32,000 nt of DNA, taken from positions 30,001 through 62,000 of the forward strand of contig NJBF01000012.1 of the NCBI GenBank assembly GCA_003144275.1. The letters are read 5' to 3'. The notes below the pieces were generated by a model that saw only the letters and a program-made list of their open reading frames with translations, did not search any database and had not been told where the DNA came from. Shown here one piece after another: positions 25,577 through 32,000 of the stretch. The first letter of the stretch is position 1, and every line of letters begins with the position of its first letter. This DNA is from Candidatus Heimdallarchaeota archaeon B3_Heim (GTDB lineage Archaea > Asgardarchaeota > Heimdallarchaeia > Hodarchaeales > Hodarchaeaceae). Both the position numbers and the translations under genes were made by a program.

Positions 25577-27019
25577 ATGCAACCTCAAAGCCAAAGCACA
25601 GAAATAATCGATAGGATCCGACAAAATCCTGAACAGAAGGTAGATACCTTCGTTCTTGATTTTCTGGATATTTGGTTTGAGATTCACAATTTAACTGAAA
25701 AATGCAATCTTGAGGATGCACTTAAGATATGTCAATCATTACTACCTTCCCATATCCTCCCATTTTTTGAAAAATACAAAGATGAGGGGAATCTACAAAA
25801 GCACAAGGGATGGATCGACGCGTATGCATCTATCTATCTGAAATGGGGTGAACGAGGAGGATTTCTTTTTCCGTTAACTCTGGTCATATACGAAATTGCG
25901 TATAATGATAAGGGAATACTATTCGACCTTCTAAAGCAACTAAGGATGGGTATTAATAGAGGTAGCAAGGTCGAACTTTACGAAATAATATTTCCCATTT
26001 TAACTAATTTTACCGTCCCTCTTGATGAATTAGATTTAGGTATAATGAAAGCATATCAAACTTTGCAACCTCTAAAATCTATCTTATTCAAAAACCCAGA
26101 GAATAAATCGTTTGCTGAAATCCTTGATGTTTCAACCCGAACGATAATACGTAGATTAAAAGTTCTTAATCTACTCCAAATTGTACGTCCTGTTCAATTT
26201 ATTGACATGGGGAAATTAGGATATGAATCATTACTTTACGTTCATCAAAATCCGTTTCCAAAAGAATTTCAGAAAAATTTGCTATTTTCGTGCAATTTAA
26301 CGGTAGGAAACTTCAGCATTGTGCAACTACCATCATCTCAGCTTGCAGCTCAGACTAAACTTCAAGATAAACTTGATTTGATCATGGCTCAACCGATGGT
26401 AAAGCGTACAACCTCCTGGAATCTCAATAGTCTCTCCAGTGGAGAAGCGACGTGGAAGAATCCACCTACGTTCTTCTTTTCAAAACCCGAAACAAGTGTA
26501 ACTACTCCAACTGCTGATGTTAATCTAAATCTAAGACCAACCTTCGACTCCTTCAGAAAATTAACGCGAGCAGATTTCAATCTATTAGATTTCATCGCAA
26601 GAGAAGGCGGATTTAAAAATCTCAATGATTTAAGTAAAGCAATTAAAGTAAATAGGATGGAAGTCTCTAACCGATTAAAAGAGTACACCGATGAAGATCT
26701 AATTTTCAAAGCTCATCAATTTTTCAACATCGGATTGGATCTGTCGATTTTCTTCTTTATTTCAGATGTTGAAGATAAAATTCCGTGGATTTCACACCTT
26801 CTTACTTTTCCCAAAGTCGATGTCTTCTATCAGAAAGAAGAGAACCCTCATTATTATTTCGGTTATCTTAAACTTCCCAATACGTGGATCAAACCATTTG
26901 CACGTAAGATAGATCTTATTCGCAATGAGTACGATGTTAAAGTCTATTATAAAATTGCGAGTGCCATTGATCACTTCAAATGGGGAATTTCATTGGCAGA
27001 TACCTACTCATATCGTTAA
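25577..27019 (+). CDS. large transcriptional regulator with two tandem Lrp/AsnC-type wHTH modules and an uncharacterised N-terminal helical domain
   Basis: Module 1: LDELDLGIM...FAEILDVSTRTIIRRLKVL...IDMGKLG. Module 2: LTRADFNLL...LNDLSKAIKVNRMEVSNRLKEY...NIGLD. Start ATG 25577 or 25544. Confidence 0.8.
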   Translation: MQPQSQSTEIIDRIRQNPEQKVDTFVLDFLDIWFEIHNLTEKCNLEDALKICQSLLPSHILPFFEKYKDEGNLQKHKGWIDAYASIYLKWGERGGFLFPLTLVIYEIAYNDKGILFDLLKQLRMGINRGSKVELYEIIFPILTNFTVPLDELDLGIMKAYQTLQPLKSILFKNPENKSFAEILDVSTRTIIRRLKVLNLLQIVRPVQFIDMGKLGYESLLYVHQNPFPKEFQKNLLFSCNLTVGNFSIVQLPSSQLAAQTKLQDKLDLIMAQPMVKRTTSWNLNSLSSGEATWKNPPTFFFSKPETSVTTPTADVNLNLRPTFDSFRKLTRADFNLLDFIAREGGFKNLNDLSKAIKVNRMEVSNRLKEYTDEDLIFKAHQFFNIGLDLSIFFFISDVEDKIPWISHLLTFPKVDVFYQKEENPHYYFGYLKLPNTWIKPFARKIDLIRNEYDVKVYYKIASAIDHFKWGISLADTYSYR

Positions 27020-27402
27020 TTTTTCATAATAAACTTGAAGAGGAGAGTATAGTTCAGTATCAATTTTTATGACCAGATTTCTGCCTAAATTATTGACGAG
27101 GATGAAATTCGGGAAGGTTCTCGTCTGCCTGGTGGTTACTATGGGATTATTTCATTCAGCATCAGACTCTCTGGGGTGATAAATTTCTTTATCATCGTGT
27201 CGAATTTTCTGGGACAGAATGGTCACTTTCTTTAAGATTTCCTACCATTATAGTAATTTTCTCGAAGAATTACCCTGAATTATTGAAGCGAACAACAATT
27301 TATAAGGAACATAATTCTCCTACCACTTAGTGTCCTGCCTACTAATAAATAAAGATTTTTTGTTGGTAAAAGCTTAATTCCAATAATTTGAAGGATGTAA
27401 AT

Positions 27403-28020
27403 ATGCAAGAAAATACAACTAATTTACGCATTTACGGCCCACAGATGCCTGAGGCTATTGAACGATTGCATAATCTAGAAGAGAAAGTAGTTGCTGAATT
27501 ACCCATCGAGCGTGGTGAGATCAATATTGGTAAGTATGATTATATTTACCACTGGGAAAAAGCACCCACTCCTGAGCCTTTATTAACTCTTATTGAATAT
27601 ATTGATGATATATTTACTGGTTTACCCGCTCGCTATTCCATTACTACAGAGGGATATCATTCTCGCCGATTAACAGCAGAACTTGACCGTCGGGGTTCAC
27701 ATACAACTTTCAGCTTTGTCCGGATTCACGGACCGAGCATATCGAAAGCTCTTCGGGCTATTGAAAAAGTTGTAGAAGATGTCGAGACTACAAGTACAAT
27801 ACAATCACTAAAATCGTCTGTTCTTGTAGGTGAGCAGGATTATGCCTTTGAATGGGATCATTATCCTACAGTGGATGAGATTCATAGTTTACTTGCCTCA
27901 ATCGATAAGCTAGTTGAACCTACAGGCGCTTTGTACAAAACGTCTACCTTAAAAAACGTCTATCGGACTGAAAAAGTGATTGACGATCATACTTCTGATA
28001 ATTTAATGGCATTCTTATGA
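27403..28020 (+). CDS. hypothetical protein built from two internally repeated domains of about 80 aa
   Basis: LRIYGP...IGKYDYIYHWEKAPT...IDDIF...ARYSITT vs VRIHGP...VGEQDYAFEWDHYPT...IDKLV...ALYKTST. ATG 27403 follows AAGGA; the ORF track starts at TTG 27388. Confidence 0.85.
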   Translation: MQENTTNLRIYGPQMPEAIERLHNLEEKVVAELPIERGEINIGKYDYIYHWEKAPTPEPLLTLIEYIDDIFTGLPARYSITTEGYHSRRLTAELDRRGSHTTFSFVRIHGPSISKALRAIEKVVEDVETTSTIQSLKSSVLVGEQDYAFEWDHYPTVDEIHSLLASIDKLVEPTGALYKTSTLKNVYRTEKVIDDHTSDNLMAFL

Positions 28021-28090
28021 GCTAATTTCAATTGGTTTTCAGTAGATGGGAATAAAAAGAGTGTCGCTCTTATCTTGAGCAGATTGAAAA

Positions 28091-28357
28091 ATGAATTCTG
28101 CGGAAAAACGACGACTACGGGCAATACTCATTCTAAGTCTATTTGTAATCTTAGCCTGGGCACCGTGGATTACAGAAGATAGGGCAAATGAATTAGTTAC
28201 TAGTCACCTAGGAGGGGAGACTCCTTATAATTACCTTGGGGAGACTGTTTTAGTCAAGAATATTCCACGGTCTTTTGTAAAACTTCCATTTATTGCGTTA
28301 GTTTACTTCCCTGGAGAAGCAGTTTATATTGTCACGTTTTTTGGCTGGGTAATTTAA
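28091..28357 (+). CDS. small hypothetical protein with N-terminal membrane anchor/signal sequence
   Basis: Basic KRRLR followed by hydrophobic AILILSLFVILAWAPW; 88 aa; fills the intergenic space. Confidence 0.7.
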   Translation: MNSAEKRRLRAILILSLFVILAWAPWITEDRANELVTSHLGGETPYNYLGETVLVKNIPRSFVKLPFIALVYFPGEAVYIVTFFGWVI

Positions 28358-28382
28358 TAAAAAACCCCAGAAAGACTCGAAT

Positions 28383-28955
28383 TTAAAGAGGAGAAATGAT
28401 CTTTCGTGTTTTTCTAAAGAGATTTATGACATCAATTCCTTCTCTTTCTAGCAACACTTTTTTCATGTGTGGATCATCGCCATACTTTCCTAAGGAGTTT
28501 GCACGAGTAATACGATGGCAGGGGATCAGAATAGGGAAACGAGTTTTGGCCATACATGTACCAGCGAATCGAGCTGCTCCTTCAAAACCAGATTTTGCAG
28601 CTAATTCTCCATAGGAAAGTGTTGTGCCAAAAGGTACGCTAGTACATGTTTTTAGAACTTGGACCTGTTTTTTGGAATACCCTCTATAATCAAGAGGTAG
28701 TTGATTTTGGACTAGATAGTCCTTTCCTATCCATCTTTGGTAAATAATTTCTGCTGTTTCCTCTACTAACCCATTATACGACTCATTGTCATAATTAGCT
28801 ACTACTTTGCTCTCTGGAAAATACTTCGCTATTTTCTCTTCTACAGTGACCCTAGTTCGATAAGGTACTGTATTTCCGAACACTCCTCGGGTTGTAATAC
28901 ACACTCCGATAAAAAAATTGTCCTTCTGTACAATTTTCCACTCTGTTTTAGACAC
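28383..28955 (-). CDS. ogt: methylated-DNA--protein-cysteine methyltransferase
   Basis: VPFGTTLSYGELA, AARFAG and active-site ILIPCHRI, plus KKVLLERE. GAGAGG upstream of GTG. Confidence 0.92.
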   Translation of the reverse strand: MSKTEWKIVQKDNFFIGVCITTRGVFGNTVPYRTRVTVEEKIAKYFPESKVVANYDNESYNGLVEETAEIIYQRWIGKDYLVQNQLPLDYRGYSKKQVQVLKTCTSVPFGTTLSYGELAAKSGFEGAARFAGTCMAKTRFPILIPCHRITRANSLGKYGDDPHMKKVLLEREGIDVINLFRKTRKIISPL

Positions 28956-29065
28956 CGAGAAATCCTCTCATCACTAACCTTTGTTAATTGTTCCTTTTTC
29001 TGGTTACTTATCAAGTATCAGTTAGCTGAAATCCTTGATATATGACCTTTACTAGTGTCCTACCT

Positions 29066-30112
29066 TTAAAAGGGAAACAGGGTGAAAAATAGAAGTAATT
29101 CAAAGGGTAACATGATTAATGCCAATAATGTCACTATTGTGATAATAGAGCTCATTAAAGCCTCATTTAGCTCGAAAAACGTTGCATAAACAATATTTGA
29201 AACTGCTGGAGGAGCCATACTTTGAATTAATAGGGGTATAGCTATAATTGGTGCAAAATTAAATATTGATACTGCTATAATGGTAAAAATTGGAACTATG
29301 ATGAACCTAATTCCCGAAACTTGAAATTTATGTCTTGTAAAGAGTTTTCGAGGATGTAGATCACTCAAATTTCGAAAAGAAACGCCCACTAACAACAAAG
29401 ATCCATATAACGCGATAGTTTTCCATATCTGCAACCCTGGAAAAGCTCTGATTACTTCTGGCCCTACTAGAAGATGAAGGATAAATCCTACAATGACTGC
29501 TAAGAATGGAGGAAACTTACACATATCGATAAGGAGCTTCATGAACAGTAAGTCTCCTTGTTTATCGTTCTCTTCAACTCCTTGTGATTTATTACGAAAT
29601 TTTCTCCCCATATACATCCCAAAAGTATTGCGTATTATCATGGCAAAAAATACAAAAAGTGTAGCATAAACAATTGCATCATTTATGAATACACCTTTTA
29701 TTATAGCATCATTTCTTAATTCAACTTCCAATGCAAGTATTATTGGGAATGGATACAACAACGCATTTGGAAAAGTGGCAGTAAATGCAATAGCTCCGTT
29801 ATCTGGCGTGGATCCTTCTTTACGAGTGAGAAATATAAAAAAATAATATCCTCCCAAGTGAACTAAGATAGCAATTATCGCAATCTGTAAAATAATTATC
29901 CCTCCAAATGTTTCGACTTTAGCAAATGACGAAATTATCGAAATTGGGAAGAATATTGAAATAATGACTTTAGTGATGTTATCTGCATGGCTCTTTTTGT
30001 AAAAGGGGGAAAATCTCCATAATATTCCTAGTAAAATAAACAAATATACCCAGAAAAGGTCGCTTAATAAATCTACAAAACCAGTAATCGCGTCCATATC
30101 AGTCATCACCAT
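29066..30112 (-). CDS. AEC (auxin efflux carrier / membrane transport) family permease
   Basis: About 10 TM; TATFPNALLYPFP, KFPPFLAVIVG and QSMAPPAVSNIVYA motifs typical of the AEC family. Confidence 0.82.
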   Translation of the reverse strand: MVMTDMDAITGFVDLLSDLFWVYLFILLGILWRFSPFYKKSHADNITKVIISIFFPISIISSFAKVETFGGIIILQIAIIAILVHLGGYYFFIFLTRKEGSTPDNGAIAFTATFPNALLYPFPIILALEVELRNDAIIKGVFINDAIVYATLFVFFAMIIRNTFGMYMGRKFRNKSQGVEENDKQGDLLFMKLLIDMCKFPPFLAVIVGFILHLLVGPEVIRAFPGLQIWKTIALYGSLLLVGVSFRNLSDLHPRKLFTRHKFQVSGIRFIIVPIFTIIAVSIFNFAPIIAIPLLIQSMAPPAVSNIVYATFFELNEALMSSIITIVTLLALIMLPFELLLFFTLFPF

Positions 30113-30136
30113 TATTTACAAAAAGAAGATTGAATC

Positions 30137-30844
30137 CTACTTTGGATCATGATATGGACGGAAAATTGTTAAATAATGCCCAAACCGTTGTTTTTTTGTT
30201 TCCATATATTTCACATTGTGCTCTGTGAGAGGTAATTCGAGGGGTACACGTTCTGATATTGGTATATATTGCTCAAGCTGCTTTATTTTGTCAGGATTAT
30301 TTGTAATCAAGCGCACACTATTTACTCCAAGTGTACGAAGCATTTCTCCTGATATTTCATAATCTCGTGGGTCAGGACCGAATCCTAGGACAACATTCGC
30401 ATCATAGGTATCATAGCCCTCATCTTGTAGAGCGTAAGCTCGAAGCTTATTTAGTAAGCCAATTCCTCTCCCTTCCTGTTGCATGTATATCACTAATCCA
30501 CTTCCCTCCTTTTCTATCATACTCAAAGCAGTTCCTAGTTGAGGTCCACAATCACAGCGTAACGATGCTAAGGCATCACCAGTAAGGCAGGAGGAATGAA
30601 CTCGTGTTAACACATGCTCTTTGTTAACTACATCTCCCTTCATTATAGCAATATGTTCCTCCTTGTCTTTGTTATTTACAAACCCTATTATTTTAAATGT
30701 TCCATATTTACTCGGAAAATCAGCGACAGCAACGATGCTAACACATACGTGTTTCTTACAGTTTTCACAATCTTCATGATCTGGGCAATTCTTAAAGGTT
30801 TCAAGGCTTTGAGAGATAATTTTTTCAATAGATAGTTTTTCCAT
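30137..30844 (-). CDS. ribA: GTP cyclohydrolase II with a Cys-rich N-terminal extension
   Basis: RVHSSCLTGDALASLRCDCGPQL (Zn ligands), QEGRGIGLLNKLRAYALQD and LITNNPDK. Confidence 0.93.
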   Translation of the reverse strand: MEKLSIEKIISQSLETFKNCPDHEDCENCKKHVCVSIVAVADFPSKYGTFKIIGFVNNKDKEEHIAIMKGDVVNKEHVLTRVHSSCLTGDALASLRCDCGPQLGTALSMIEKEGSGLVIYMQQEGRGIGLLNKLRAYALQDEGYDTYDANVVLGFGPDPRDYEISGEMLRTLGVNSVRLITNNPDKIKQLEQYIPISERVPLELPLTEHNVKYMETKKQRFGHYLTIFRPYHDPK

Positions 30845-31000
30845 AGATTTTGAGCACCTTCATGGGTATGATACTGGTTGTCAGAAGGATTTATTTCCAC
30901 TTTTTGAAAATTTACTTTCTTTTATTACTAGATACTTACTTTAAAAGGGCTAATACCATACATAAATAGAGTCATCCTTTCTTCTCTTGAGGTAGATCAA

Positions 31001-32000
31001 TTGGAACTTGATGAATTAGTACTAAAACATTGTCTCATTAATGCTATTAAATATAAAGGTAAAGCTGATTCAAAATCGACATTAGGTGCAATAATTCAAT
31101 CAGATCCCAAAGCTATCAAACCCTTAATCGCTGAAATACGCCCTATGATTGATATCACAATTAAACAGGTTAATGCGATGAACTTGGATCAACAAAAAGA
31201 GTCTTTACTTGAAATCGATCCACAGAGCTTACCATCCCAAGAGAAAAAGAAAAAGGAAGTCAAGATTGAACTTCCTAATCTTGATAGATTTAAAAATGTT
31301 GCATTAAGACTTGCTCCTTATCCGTCAGGGCCACTGCACATTGGTAACAGCCGTATGGTTGTATTAAATGATTATCTCGCGAAAAAGTACAATGGTAACC
31401 TGTACTTAGTGTTCGATGATACTATTGGGTCAAAAACAAAAATCATTGATCCTAGTGCCTATGATTCAATACCTGAAGGATTAACCCTTTTAGATGTCAA
31501 AGTACACAAAACTTATTATAAATCCGATCGGCTTCAGCTCTTCTATGATTATTGTGTGAAAATTCTAGAAAAAGGACGGGCATATGTATGTGATTGCGAT
31601 GGTTCGCTCTGGCGTACAAAATACAAGGTCAAACAAATAGAATGTCCGTGTCGTATTCTGAGTAAGGAAGATAATTTAGCTCGCTGGGAAAAGATGCTTG
31701 ATGGAACCTACCCTGAGCAAGGTGCTGTTGTCAGGTTAAAAACAGGAATGGATACTCCTGATCCAGCCATCCGTGATCCAGTAATGTTACGTATTTCAGA
31801 ACGAGAACACCCACGAGTCGGATCAAAATACCGAGTCTGGCCTCTTCTTGAGTTTTCATGGGGAATAGATGATCACGAGCTCAGAATATCACATATTATA
31901 AGAGGAAAAGACTTACGGAAGGAAGGAGTCCTTGAAGAAAAGATCTGGGATATATTTAATTGGAAAAAACCTTCCATCAATCTTTATGGAAGGATGAAAC
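31001..32000 (+). CDS. gltX: archaeal-type glutamate--tRNA ligase, 5' part (runs off the window; absent from the ORF track)
   Basis: Manual translation from TTG 31001 (GAGGT at 30989): archaeal N-terminal domain NAIKYKGKA, then RLAPYPSGPLHIGN (HIGH motif), FDDT, YVCDC, ECPCR, VWPLLEFSWGIDDH and HIIRGKDL. In frame at the window end. Confidence 0.93.
   Translation, partial: MELDELVLKHCLINAIKYKGKADSKSTLGAIIQSDPKAIKPLIAEIRPMIDITIKQVNAMNLDQQKESLLEIDPQSLPSQEKKKKEVKIELPNLDRFKNVALRLAPYPSGPLHIGNSRMVVLNDYLAKKYNGNLYLVFDDTIGSKTKIIDPSAYDSIPEGLTLLDVKVHKTYYKSDRLQLFYDYCVKILEKGRAYVCDCDGSLWRTKYKVKQIECPCRILSKEDNLARWEKMLDGTYPEQGAVVRLKTGMDTPDPAIRDPVMLRISEREHPRVGSKYRVWPLLEFSWGIDDHELRISHIIRGKDLRKEGVLEEKIWDIFNWKKPSINLYGRMK

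Noticed and set aside
527-30900. Numerous 60-125 aa ORFs in the track that overlap longer genes (e.g. 527-745, 2382-2597, 8727-9002, 10953-11225, 11370-11624, 14696-14986, 17638-18006, 21166-21471, 26389-26709, 30331-30585)
   Set aside because: They are antisense or alternate-frame shadows of well-supported CDSs with no recognisable motifs.
30845-31000. FMN riboswitch upstream of ribA
   Set aside because: The region is AT-rich with none of the conserved FMN-riboswitch segments; it looks like a plain divergent promoter.
1-32000. Prophage, IS element or integrase
   Set aside because: No transposase, integrase or viral structural motifs in any ORF, and no terminal inverted repeats found.

Overview
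AT-rich, gene-dense archaeal window. An Asgard/Heimdallarchaeia-like host is inferred from the archaeal-type GluRS and HMG-CoA-synthase-like gene, GGTGA/GGAGG ribosome-binding sites, TATA-type promoters, and LRR and RING-like proteins. No search was run to confirm this. About 30 CDSs are present: a hydrolase / OCD-family / PLP-aminotransferase run; a minus-strand run of ThDP enzyme, SSADH-type aldehyde dehydrogenase, 2-oxoacid:ferredoxin oxidoreductase alpha/beta and FMN hydroxy-acid oxidase; HIT; RING-like+TPR; two split-barrel (PNPOx-like) proteins; DinB; divergent ArsR/Acr3; a methyltransferase; two DMT transporters; LRR; Fpg/Nei; an HMGS-DUF35 fusion; ilvE; a double-Lrp regulator; ogt; an AEC transporter; ribA; and a partial gltX. 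I saw no tRNA, rRNA, CRISPR array or transposase. Three of the best observations are not in the ORF track. (1) A 50-aa signal-peptide-like ORF with a short Gly-rich tail (25275-25427, minus) lies divergent from a tandem Lrp/AsnC regulator, a candidate peptide-signalling module. (2) A diverged 120-bp tandem copy of the promoter and first 19 codons of the HMGS-DUF35 gene sits directly upstream of it. (3) Two in-frame TAA codons interrupt the ferritin-like N-terminus of the VIT1/CCC1 gene.
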